Assembly: GCA_965262785.1 (NCBI GenBank)
Contig: OZ253559.1
Span: 4,066,151 to 4,130,150, forward strand
Reading direction: 5' to 3'
Length of the DNA: 64,000 nt
Origin: Rhodothermales bacterium
GTDB lineage: Bacteria > Bacteroidota > Rhodothermia > Rhodothermales > Bin80
The notes below the pieces were generated by a model. That model was not told the origin of the DNA, ran no database searches, and saw nothing but the letters and a program-made list of their open reading frames with translations. Each line of letters starts with the position of its first letter. Positions within the stretch are counted from its first letter, which is position 1. The position numbers and the translations under genes were made by a program. Shown here one piece after another: positions 18,930-27,984 of the stretch.

Positions 18930-20365
18930 GGCTTGAGCATTTGCACGTCGAGAGTCACATCCCCTAGCCCAATCGTGGCTCCGCTGGCTACTTGCCGTGC
19001 TTGGCCAGCAGAAAGTCGCTCACCGTTGATACTGGTGCCATTGAGACTCCCAAGATCCTCGATCGTGAGGCTTTTCCCGGAGGCGCGCACACGTGCATGC
19101 CGCCTTGATACGCTCGCTTCACTGATAACGTAGTCCGCCTGCGAAGACGATCGCCCAATGATTGCACCGGCTTCGCTCTGCGCCAAGGCATATCCATTCA
19201 CCTTGACATGAAACTCATCCCCAGCCGACCCGCTGCCCGAAAGCACTATGTCTGGAAACGAAGCGGACTTCCGCTCGATTTCGTCTTCCGCTTCCTTCAG
19301 CTTCGCACCAGTTTCGCTAAGCTCATCCCATGCCTGCTTGCGGCGCCTCCACAACCACCATGTCAGCAGGGCCGCCAACATGATCAGGGCAACGCCTGCG
19401 CCCGTCAGCGCGCGCAGTTGCCGTTGTGCGCGTTGCTGATCTGCCTCAGCTTGCTGCTCAAGTGAGTCACTCGCCGCACGAAGCTGCTCAAAATCAGACT
19501 GGAGCCTATCCTTCTCCGCGATAATGGAATCTTGCTCGGCCAACTCGTTAGCGGTCTCCACAAGGCGCCTTTCAAGCGAAGCTTTCTGTGCAGTCACCGC
19601 GGCGATCGTTTCGGCACTCCGCTGCTGATCCTGCTCTGCAGACTCTTCCAGTTGCTTGAGTTCCTCCTCAAGTGATTGCCTTTCCTCTTCAAGCGCTGTA
19701 CTGGCAACCTTAGCTTGCTCCAACTGCTCCTGAACGGATGGGCACACTTCGTCTTCGGTCATAAAGTCTACCTGGCTCTCTTCCAGGAACGCCACAAGAT
19801 TCTGGCGAGACCAGCCACGCACCATGTTGTCCTCGGCTTCCTCATCTCTAATTCCCAGCTCACCGGCTACCATGGCAACAAGGTGTCCGCAGTGGTTCAT
19901 CAGAGGCGCCCCGACCTCATGTAGCCCAACGGTCATCGTCAAGTGGTACCGCGAGGCCGTGCTGTCCGAGGATTCAATCGACAGCAGCAACCCTCGTCGA
20001 CGCGTCCCGTCAGCAACCAGAAGGTGCACGCTGCTGTCAGAATCCGGGGATCCTGCCGCAATGGATGCCGAGGTACCAGTCAGGCCAGGCACCGAAAGAA
20101 GTGCGAGCCCCCCGGAGCGCGCATGAATCGTCGCCGCATAGCGAGCGCCGCTTGCGAAATCCTGGACCAGGACCTGGTCTCCGCTGTCAACCAGATCAGC
20201 GTCTGTCAGAAGAAGATGCTCGGCTACAAGGACTCCGTAGCCCTGCGCGACAACCACCCCTTCGGCCTGGACCACTATTCTGAAGACCGTGGATTCCGCC
20301 CGATGCGCTATCATTCCCGCTGCCATTACAGCGACAAGTACGATCCTGAGGCTACGTGTTGTCAT
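18926..20365 (-). CDS. Membrane protein: signal - degenerate trypsin-like domain - coiled coil - TM - cytoplasmic FHA
   Basis: GYGVLV..LLTDADLV, GAPLMNHCGHLV (trypsin fold, triad lost); IIGRSS..SVSRRHA..DLGSLNGT (FHA); ORF track start 20422, likely start 20365. Confidence 0.8.
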   Translation of the reverse strand: MTTRSLRIVLVAVMAAGMIAHRAESTVFRIVVQAEGVVVAQGYGVLVAEHLLLTDADLVDSGDQVLVQDFASGARYAATIHARSGGLALLSVPGLTGTSASIAAGSPDSDSSVHLLVADGTRRRGLLLSIESSDSTASRYHLTMTVGLHEVGAPLMNHCGHLVAMVAGELGIRDEEAEDNMVRGWSRQNLVAFLEESQVDFMTEDEVCPSVQEQLEQAKVASTALEEERQSLEEELKQLEESAEQDQQRSAETIAAVTAQKASLERRLVETANELAEQDSIIAEKDRLQSDFEQLRAASDSLEQQAEADQQRAQRQLRALTGAGVALIMLAALLTWWLWRRRKQAWDELSETGAKLKEAEDEIERKSASFPDIVLSGSGSAGDEFHVKVNGYALAQSEAGAIIGRSSSQADYVISEASVSRRHARVRASGKSLTIEDLGSLNGTSINGERLSAGQARQVASGATIGLGDVTLDVQMLKP

Positions 20366-20373
20366 GGCCTTCC

Positions 20374-21120
20374 TTATCTCGGTCGGTAAACAACCAGGGT
20401 TGCGTTGTCCTGTCCAGGCCACTCGTGCTCCGCGACGGCATCCAGAATCGCACCGACAATGTCCGCAGCGGAGGGCTTGCCTGCCGTTACAATATCACAA
20501 AGCTCTGCGCCGGTGCAGGTCTCGACGCCGTCGCTAGCGGCTATGACAGTATCTCCAGGAAGCAGGTCAAGCGCCTCCAGAGGTGCATCCACGTATTGCA
20601 TGTCCTCACCCTGGACCGCTTCAAACAGAACCCCTCTCTGGCGAGAACTCGCCGCTTCTTCGGCAGTGATTTCCCCGGCCTTAGCTCTCATGTCAAGCAG
20701 CCCGCCAATGGAATGGTTCTCATTCAATCGGTCGATAGCTCCGTTTCTGATCAGCCAGAGGGGACTATCTCCCACGCTTACCCAAGCCAGCTTGGCCTTT
20801 GCTACTGCAGCTCCTACCAAGGTAGTGCCCATGGAAGCAAGTGCTGGTACGTTCCGTTTTTTATCGCAGACAGCATCGTTGGCATCCTCCAGCGCCGCCA
20901 GCAGCCGACTACGAACCGCGGCGGCTGGATTCTTCATGAACGACTCGACAAATCCGGCAGCCGCAGTCTCACTCGCGACATCTCCCCCGGCAGCACCACC
21001 GATTCCGTCTGCCAACACAAGAAGATACTTGCCCTTCTTCCATTCCACCCAATTCGCAGCGTCCTGCTGCGATTCTCGGTCACCTTTGATCGTACCCCAT
21101 GCTACTGCGGCCTGCCTCAC
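20374..21120 (-). CDS. PP2C-family Ser/Thr phosphatase
   Basis: RESQQDA, LADGIGG, MGTT, VGDS, ASDG, QDNAT motifs. Confidence 0.93.
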   Translation of the reverse strand: MRQAAVAWGTIKGDRESQQDAANWVEWKKGKYLLVLADGIGGAAGGDVASETAAAGFVESFMKNPAAAVRSRLLAALEDANDAVCDKKRNVPALASMGTTLVGAAVAKAKLAWVSVGDSPLWLIRNGAIDRLNENHSIGGLLDMRAKAGEITAEEAASSRQRGVLFEAVQGEDMQYVDAPLEALDLLPGDTVIAASDGVETCTGAELCDIVTAGKPSAADIVGAILDAVAEHEWPGQDNATLVVYRPR

Positions 21121-21782
21121 TGGGACAAAACTCCTTTATTCCAAGTGAAGTCTTCGTCGCAGAACGCGACGAACCGCAGCGTGGTCTCGCCAAGCGTAAT
21201 CACGCTGCCAGACCTTAACGCTGTAGGAGACAGGACCGGCTCTCCACCCAGGTAAGTCAGGTTGGTCCCCGCACCCTGCTGAATGTGAAACCGATTATTT
21301 CTGGGGTCATACGTCACAATGGCATGCGATTCTCGCGAAATATGTCGGTCACCGAAATCAACCCGTGCCCGGGCCTTGCCCCCCCTTCCCACGGAGTTCT
21401 GCCCGCTTCCCAGTCTTACAGCCGACCCGCGGCCGGGCCCGCCTACAACGACAAGCCACCCCACGACTGGATCCGCCATGGGATCTGAGGCCGGAAGTGG
21501 GTCCCCGGGTTCGCTGGCAGACCGCTTTCGTCCCACGGCGACAACCGTGCGGGGCTCACCGCCCGCAGGTGCAAAGGCATCCAAGTCTGCATGCGGGCGA
21601 ACGGCTGGCCTGGTGGGCAACTCCCCACGCCCTATGACACTGCGACCGCGCGGGTGCTGGTCCTGTTCAGATGTGTCTTCCTTCGGACCGGACTCAAGGC
21701 CACGAAACAGGCCCTTGGCCTTCGGCGGTACCGCCGAAGGCACATCCGTCAGTAGTCCGTCTTTGTTGAGCTTCTTCGCCAT
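21117..21782 (-). CDS. FHA-domain protein with disordered N-terminus
   Basis: VVGWLVVVGGPGRG..NSVGR..GDRHISRESHA..GTNLTY. Confidence 0.88.
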   Translation of the reverse strand: MAKKLNKDGLLTDVPSAVPPKAKGLFRGLESGPKEDTSEQDQHPRGRSVIGRGELPTRPAVRPHADLDAFAPAGGEPRTVVAVGRKRSASEPGDPLPASDPMADPVVGWLVVVGGPGRGSAVRLGSGQNSVGRGGKARARVDFGDRHISRESHAIVTYDPRNNRFHIQQGAGTNLTYLGGEPVLSPTALRSGSVITLGETTLRFVAFCDEDFTWNKGVLSQ

Positions 21783-21793
21783 TGCCTCCGCTC

Positions 21794-22675
21794 CTATTCT
21801 TCGTAGAGCCGATTGATGAGGTTGTCCATGCAGTACTGGCCCGCGCTGTTGAGGGCAGCCTCCTCCTTACCCTGGGCAATGTGCTGCAGAAACACCAGCA
21901 CTGCGGCCATCACGAGCGCCATGAACGTGGTGTTGAATGCAAGCCCCAGTTTGGCGGTTATCGCCCCAAACCAAGCCTGCACAGCTTGCGCATCGTCTAG
22001 GCTCGGCATGTCGTTAGCCGCCGTGAGGGCCAGCGCGATACCGATGACCGTCCCAATGAAGCCCAGCGTGGGTATGAGCCAAGTAATATAGCGTACCATG
22101 CTGTACTTGAGGTCAATCTCGTGCTGCATGAGCTCAAGGCTGGAGTCCACCAGGCTATTCGCCTGGGCCACAGACCTGCTGATCTGGAACTGCTGAATCG
22201 CGCGCAGGATTAGTCGCTGAAGCCGAAAGTGCGTGGAACGCTTGGCCTTCATGACCTTGCGGTAGATACCAATCAGATCCTTCGATCGAAGGATGGTGCC
22301 ATGATCGTCTGGCAACAGCCCGATGCCAAATTGCCTGAATTCCGCGCGTGCGCGTGTGAACCGAGGCCACAATTCAGCCAGACCAATGAAGAACGTCAGC
22401 CACATCACATTCTGGATCGTCAGCGGGTAGAGGGCGCTTCCCCGATCCAAGAGTAGGGCGGAAAGAATGATGCGATCACTCGCTACTTCCGGTACCGGGA
22501 GCAGAGCGGTGAGGATCGCTATCACTCCAGAGCCAGCCAGCAGCGCCGAAAGGGCGCCGACAACGCGGCCGGTGGACTCGTGCAGTTCAAGCACGTTCAC
22601 GAATTCAGCCTTGCGATTGGTGAATGGTAGCGCCGTTGCGGGACTCTGGTTCCAACTATTGGGCCAGCGCCACAA
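21794..22675 (-). CDS. MotA/TolQ/ExbB proton-channel family protein
   Basis: IPTLGFIGTVIGI and LGLAFNTTFMAL TM signatures; start may be ~22600. Confidence 0.9.
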   Translation of the reverse strand: MWRWPNSWNQSPATALPFTNRKAEFVNVLELHESTGRVVGALSALLAGSGVIAILTALLPVPEVASDRIILSALLLDRGSALYPLTIQNVMWLTFFIGLAELWPRFTRARAEFRQFGIGLLPDDHGTILRSKDLIGIYRKVMKAKRSTHFRLQRLILRAIQQFQISRSVAQANSLVDSSLELMQHEIDLKYSMVRYITWLIPTLGFIGTVIGIALALTAANDMPSLDDAQAVQAWFGAITAKLGLAFNTTFMALVMAAVLVFLQHIAQGKEEAALNSAGQYCMDNLINRLYEE

Positions 22676-22810
22676 ATGAACCTGAGGTCTTCATGAGCAA
22701 TATGCGCCGGACTGCAGAGCCCCTCCCGAGTTATGCCGGTGTAATCCTTCGTGTTGGACAAGCGCCTCTCGCAGAGTCATACAAGCGCAAAGTAGCCAAG
22801 TACATTTGGC

Positions 22811-25807
22811 CTACCCACCGGCGTAGCCTTGCTCTCTGGCTAGCCGATACCAGCGGCGCGCTTCCACATAGTCCCGGTCCACGCCGAATCCGTTGTCGTA
22901 CATATATCCCAGGTTGTACTGCGCCCTCGCATCGCCTTGTTTTGCGGCCAGCCGATACCAGCGAAGCGCTTCCGCATAGTTCTGATCCACTCCCAACATG
23001 TTCAAATACGCATATCCCAAGGCGCTCTGCGCCACGGCATTGCCTTGCTCTGCGGCCAGCCGAAACCAGCGGACCGATTCTCCATAGTCCTGGTCCACGC
23101 CCCAACCATTCGAGTACGCTATTCCCAAGAGGCCCTGCCCGCCGGCATTGCCTTGCTCTGCGGCTAGCCGAAACCAGCGGAGCGCTTCCGCATAGTCCTG
23201 GTCTATGCCGATTCCGATCGCGTACGCATCTCCCAAGCTATTCTGCGCGTCGGCATTGCCTTGCTCTGCAGCCAGCCGGAACCAGCGGGCCGCTTCCGCA
23301 TAATTCCGGCCCACGCCTCGTCCATTCCAGTACGCATCTCCCAAGCTATTCTGCGCGTCGGCGATGCCTTGCTCTGCGGCCAGCCGGTACCAGCGGACCG
23401 CTTCCGAATAGTCCTGGTTCACACCTCTTCCGTACCAGTACGCACTTCCCAGGTTAAACTGTGCATAGGCATCTCCTTGCTCTGCGGCCAGCCGGAACCA
23501 GCGGAGCGATTCCGCATAGTCCTGGTCTATGCCGATTCCGTTCGCGTACGCAAGTCCCAAGCTATTCTGCCCGTTGGCATTGCCTTGCTCTGCGGCCAGC
23601 CGATACCAGCGGAGCGCCTCCGCATAGTCTTGGTCCACGCCGCTTCCATTCCAGTACGCACGTCCCAGGTTATTCTGCCCGTCGGCATTGCCTTGCGCTG
23701 CGGCTAGCCGATACCAGCGGACCGCTTCCGCATAGTCCTGGTTCACGCCCCAACCATTCCCGTACGCACTTCCCAGGTTATTCTGCCCGCCGGCATTGCC
23801 TTGCTCCGCGGCTAGCCGAAACCAGCGGAGCGCTTCCGTATAGTCTTGGTCCGCGCCTTCTCCTTTCGCGTACGCGTATCCCAAGCTATTCTGCCCGTAG
23901 GAATTGCCTTGCTCTGCGGCCAGCCGAAACCAGCGGACCGATTCCGCATAGTCCTGGTCTATGCCGATTCCGTTCGCGTACGCATATCCCAAGCTATTCT
24001 GCGCGTCGGCATCTCCTTGCTCTGCGGCCAGCCGGTACCAGCGGACCGATTCCGCATAGTCCTGGTCTATGCCGATTCCGTTCGCGTACGCATATCCCAA
24101 GCTATTCTGCGCGTCGGCATCTCCTTGCTCTGCGGCCAGCCGGTACCAGCGGACCGATTCCGCATAGTCTTGGTCTACGCCGGTTCCGTTCCAGTACGCA
24201 AGTCCCAAGCCATACTGCGCGCCGGCATTGCCTTGCTCCGCAGCCAGCCGGTACCAGCGGACCGATTCCGCATAGTCTTGGTCTACGCCGGTTCCGTTCC
24301 AGTACACATGTCCCAAGCCATTCTGCCCGCCGGCATTGCCTTGCTCCGCAGCCAGCCGAAACCAGCGGACCGCTTCCGTATAGTCTTGGTCTACACCGTC
24401 ACCGACGTAGTACGCAAGTCCCAAGCCAATCTGCGCGTAGGAATTGCCTTGCTCTGCGGCCAGCCGGTACCAGCGGACCGCTTCCGTATAGTCTTGGTCT
24501 ACACCGTCACCGACGTAGTACGCAACTCCCAAGCTTTTCTGGCCGTCGGCATTGCCTTGCTCTGCGGCCAGCCGAAACCAGCGGACCGCTTCCGTATAAT
24601 TCTGGTTCACGCCTCTTCCGTTCCAGTACGCACTTCCCAGATTTCCCTGCGCCACGGCCTGGCCTTGCTCTGCGCCTAGCCGATACCAGTTGAACACTGC
24701 AAATTCTCGCAGAGTAGTCACAGCCGCAATTGTAACCAACAGTAAGGTCAACGTAACGACGAGGGCACGGTAACGCGACGCTGCAGGTCGGTCTCGTCGT
24801 GCGCGCTTCTTCAGACGAGGTTGGCTAGCTATTACTCGATTCCTCCCTTCCGTTGCATCAGACGGCGATACTGCCGCCAAGTCCCGCTCGCGGACCTTAG
24901 CAAGCAGTTCATCGCAAGAGCGAATTCGTGACGCATCCGAGATCTCCAGACACTGGTCAATGGACTCAAGCAGTCTCGGCAGGAACCTTCCCTGCCCAAC
25001 AACGCTGGCAGACGGCAACGGGTCAGCCCCGCCTTGCATGACCGCGTAAGCCCTCTGCTGAACCTTTGCCAGACTTGGCGGCTCCCATGGAGGATTGCCG
25101 CCCGCCACCATACGCCACATTACTGCCCCTACGCCGTAGATATCTGTCCATGGCCCGATGGCCCCTTCACCGACCTGTTCCATTGCTGCGTAGCCATCGG
25201 TGTACGGCGCCATGGACTTCGTAACGCCCGAGGTCTCTTGCTTGGCCGCACCGAAGTCTATCAGCACCGGCTGATTGTCCTTCCGCCGAATCAGGATGTT
25301 CGAGGGCTTGATGTCTCGGTGGTACAGCCCAGATTCATGGGCTCGCTTCAGGCCACTAAGCAGCGGAAGAATCACCTGGAGCAAGTCCCCCTCCGTAAAC
25401 GGCTCTCCTCTTTTTTCCCGCAGCTCCAGCAACGCAGACAGCGGCAGGCCGTCTACAAAGTCCATCACCATGTACGCCGTGCCGTTCGCCCGAAACAAGT
25501 CGCGGCTGGTAACAATATTCGGATGTTCTCGAAACGCTTCTAATCGTCGGCCCTCTTCCAAAAAGCGCCGGAGACCGTCTTCGAAGGAAGCTTCAATTCC
25601 TGACTCCGCAGGCTGAACGACACCAGATCTGCGCGCCGCCAACTCACGCGGGAAGTACTCCTTAATTGCAACATCCGCCTGAAGCATCCTGTGGCGACCC
25701 TTATACACAACACCGAATCCGCCACGTCCGAGTACGGACTCGACTACGCAGTCACGGAGCACGGTACCACTAGCAAGGAAGTCGCCTTCTGGTGGATGCT
25801 GGATCAT
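22811..25807 (-). CDS. Receptor-type Hanks Ser/Thr kinase, TM helix, 17 Sel1-like repeats
   Basis: LGRGGFGVVY, VAIKE, HRDIKPSN, DFG, YAAME, TDIY; TM ALVVTLTLLLVTIAAV; 36-aa repeats ending RLAAEQG. Confidence 0.93.
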   Translation of the reverse strand: MIQHPPEGDFLASGTVLRDCVVESVLGRGGFGVVYKGRHRMLQADVAIKEYFPRELAARRSGVVQPAESGIEASFEDGLRRFLEEGRRLEAFREHPNIVTSRDLFRANGTAYMVMDFVDGLPLSALLELREKRGEPFTEGDLLQVILPLLSGLKRAHESGLYHRDIKPSNILIRRKDNQPVLIDFGAAKQETSGVTKSMAPYTDGYAAMEQVGEGAIGPWTDIYGVGAVMWRMVAGGNPPWEPPSLAKVQQRAYAVMQGGADPLPSASVVGQGRFLPRLLESIDQCLEISDASRIRSCDELLAKVRERDLAAVSPSDATEGRNRVIASQPRLKKRARRDRPAASRYRALVVTLTLLLVTIAAVTTLREFAVFNWYRLGAEQGQAVAQGNLGSAYWNGRGVNQNYTEAVRWFRLAAEQGNADGQKSLGVAYYVGDGVDQDYTEAVRWYRLAAEQGNSYAQIGLGLAYYVGDGVDQDYTEAVRWFRLAAEQGNAGGQNGLGHVYWNGTGVDQDYAESVRWYRLAAEQGNAGAQYGLGLAYWNGTGVDQDYAESVRWYRLAAEQGDADAQNSLGYAYANGIGIDQDYAESVRWYRLAAEQGDADAQNSLGYAYANGIGIDQDYAESVRWFRLAAEQGNSYGQNSLGYAYAKGEGADQDYTEALRWFRLAAEQGNAGGQNNLGSAYGNGWGVNQDYAEAVRWYRLAAAQGNADGQNNLGRAYWNGSGVDQDYAEALRWYRLAAEQGNANGQNSLGLAYANGIGIDQDYAESLRWFRLAAEQGDAYAQFNLGSAYWYGRGVNQDYSEAVRWYRLAAEQGIADAQNSLGDAYWNGRGVGRNYAEAARWFRLAAEQGNADAQNSLGDAYAIGIGIDQDYAEALRWFRLAAEQGNAGGQGLLGIAYSNGWGVDQDYGESVRWFRLAAEQGNAVAQSALGYAYLNMLGVDQNYAEALRWYRLAAKQGDARAQYNLGYMYDNGFGVDRDYVEARRWYRLAREQGYAGG
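22826..24661 (-). repeat. Coding tandem array of 17 x 108-bp Sel1 repeats
   Basis: Recurrent GCCTTGCTCTGCGGCCAGCCG at 108-bp period. Confidence 0.93.
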
Positions 25808-25985
25808 TGGTCAGGCGGCCATTTCCGCTCTTGCGACATGTGCTCTTCGAAAGTAAGGCAAGCTTCGGCTAAGGACAACGGCAGACCTTTGCGCAGTTGT
25901 GCATACTCCAACCATGCTACTCCTCGAGCTGCACGCTGCGTACGCGTAGCTGCATACGATTGGCCAACGCTTTACGAGGTAATCC

Positions 25986-26101
25986 ATGCCTGCAAGAAAA
26001 ATCTCCATGTGTAAACTCAAAGAAATACTTCGCCTGGCATTCGAGGGCGGGATGGGTGTACGATCCCATAGCCCGCTGCTTGGGATTGTCGCACAGTACG
26101 G
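25986..26101 (+). pseudogene. istA: IS21-family istA N-terminal remnant
   Basis: MPARKISMCKLKEILRL..(frameshift)IARCLGLSHST, cut by repeat copy D. Confidence 0.7.
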
Positions 26102-26225
26102 TAATGAATGTCAATAGTCTTTCCCGGTCTGCGACAATTGTTAGTACAGGAAATGTTTTAAGCCCCGAAAAACGGAAATGAACGACCGGAAGGGCACCCT
26201 GCACGCCGCCTGAGATCACCGCGCA
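26102..26225 (+). repeat. Transposon-end-like repeat copy D followed by repeat M copy 3
   Basis: TAATGAATGTCAATAGTCTTTCCCGGTCTGCGACAATTG then GGAAATGTTTTAAGCCCCG..ATGAACGACCGG. Confidence 0.8.
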
Positions 26226-26897
26226 CAAACAAGGGTGGAACCGCCTCGGAATCGCCGCGGATCGCGCCCGATCGCTCAGGTACGGCCCGGGGCGATTTCG
26301 GAGACCTTTTCCTGATAACCCTGACTATCTGGGGACGCTGAAGCCGTCGGGGCGGGCTTTAGCACCCGTGGGACGCGTGCCCGCGCAGCACCTAGGTCTG
26401 CTCCTGCCAGGTGGAACGCTCTACGCGTTCCAGTATCTAATCGTCATCGTCAGAAGCGTCGCTATCAGCAATAGACGCTGCGGTACGCCTCTCTGGCGGC
26501 TTAACTTTTCGTGCTTCCAGGAATGCGCGCTCGCCATCAATCAGGGTGTCCAACCTCAAGCGGATGAGACCCGAATGATCACCGTCTCGCAATAGCTGGA
26601 CGGAATCTATTGGAAAGCCGTGGCTAGGCCTGCGATCGCCCGCTTCTGAGCGCTGAAAGATTTTTACCGACAAGGGGTTTCAATCCCTTCTACGGCGGAG
26701 CGCGGACGACGTCAGGATGGAGCAAATTGCGGGTTAAGAAAATGACGTGAGTGCTTAAGCTGCAAATTCCACCACGGGCTTGAATTTCTTGATTTCGGCA
26801 GCAGGGGCACGCGGACTGGTGAATGATCCGGACTCGATGTGGACCTTTGGCTTGATATGATGCGTATTGAGCGCCTCATAGCTGAGCCTTAAGGAGG

Positions 26898-27098
26898 ATG
26901 ACTAAGAAAGTGATAACACGGCAGTCCACGAGCGTGCATTCCAACCCCGGAGGAAGTGCCGTTCACGATGATTCGCGAGCACGCATCGTCGTGCGTGCGA
27001 CCGACACAGTGCACGCTGTAAGTCCTACTTCTGAGCGGATCATCAAGGAGACCTCGGTGAAGCGCCGACAAGCCATAAAGGTGCTGGCAAATCGATAG
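26898..27098 (+). CDS. Putative small antitoxin
   Basis: AAGGAGG RBS; 66 aa ending RRQAIKVLANR, like Doc-antitoxin C-termini; directly upstream of Fic/Doc gene. Confidence 0.6.
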   Translation: MTKKVITRQSTSVHSNPGGSAVHDDSRARIVVRATDTVHAVSPTSERIIKETSVKRRQAIKVLANR

Positions 27099-27474
27099 GC
27101 GGCACTATCGCGTTACTTACAACGACGCGATTCGCTGTCATGAGGAAGCTCTTCTGGATGGCGGGGCCCCAGGGATCATAAGCGAGCATGTGATTCGGTC
27201 AGCGCTGGGTCGCCCGTACCATGACTACTACCCAGACATCCATCAGAAGGCAGCCGCCCTGATTCACGCGATCGTTTCAAGTCGCGGATTTGTAGACGGG
27301 AATAAACGAACGGCCCTCTATCTGACGGAACTGTTCGTTCAGAGAAGTGGCTATGAATTGGCCATTGATGACCTGGAATTCGTGGAGGCTCTAACGAGCG
27401 TTGCATGCGGTCAAATGAGTTGTGAGAATCTCGCGGAGTGGATTTGTATACTGCGACGTTATTCGAACAGGTAA
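27091..27474 (+). CDS. Doc/Fic-family toxin (His of Fic motif replaced; start codon unclear)
   Basis: SALGRP..KAAALIHAIVSSRGFVDGNKRT; frame open upstream of GTG 27190 to 27079 with no ATG. Confidence 0.75.
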   Translation: MDRRHYRVTYNDAIRCHEEALLDGGAPGIISEHVIRSALGRPYHDYYPDIHQKAAALIHAIVSSRGFVDGNKRTALYLTELFVQRSGYELAIDDLEFVEALTSVACGQMSCENLAEWICILRRYSNR

Positions 27475-27600
27475 CTCGAAGGAATTCGAACACTGGATTC
27501 TGGCTGTGACTCGTGCCCGAGGCACGTTGGTCTGCACGGTGCTGGAGCTTTGCTTAACCCCGGGGCTATTGGGGTTCTCTGTTAACCAACCGAGAGCCCG

Positions 27601-27855
27601 GTGCCCAGAAAGCGAATCTCCATGCGAAAGATCAAAGACGTACTTCGCCTGCGTTACTGGGAGGAATACAGCCTGCGCGCAACGGCCCGCTGTCTGAGTA
27701 TCTCTGTCAGCACAGTAAGCAACTATATCAACCGCGCAGCCGAGGCCCAGTTGGAGTGGCCGCTGCCGGACGAGTTGACCGATGCAGAGCTGCAAGAGCG
27801 GTTCTTCCCAAAGCCCAAGGAGGCCGCGGCGCGGCCCGTGCCCGACTGGAGCTGG
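27601..27855 (+). pseudogene. istA: IS21-family istA N-terminal fragment
   Basis: MPRKRISMRKIKDVLRL..ARCLSISVSTVSNY..WPLPDELTDAEL..PDW; DDE domain missing. Confidence 0.85.
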
Positions 27856-27984
27856 GCCTCAACCGTAAGGTCCCCGACCGTAACGATCTCGGGATCTGGC
27901 TGGCAACCCACCACCAGAGGCCAAGTGGCTCGTCGCATCGGCGCACATGTCATTGTTTACGAGGGGGCGCGCGACTGGGGCCGG

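Noticed and set aside
17886-22675. Zorya, flagellar stator or TonB system call
   Set aside because: No OmpA-domain ZorB/MotB, no long ZorA tail, and no ZorC/D/E, TonB or flagellar genes
22826-24661. Regular repeats that might be a CRISPR array
   Set aside because: The 108-bp period is in-frame Sel1 coding sequence; no unique spacers and no cas genes
22624-24693. Long + strand repetitive ORFs
   Set aside because: Antisense shadows of the Sel1 array
26437-26880. Possible C-terminal remnant of a defence gene (acidic tail SDASDDDD)
   Set aside because: Too fragmentary to assign a family by eye
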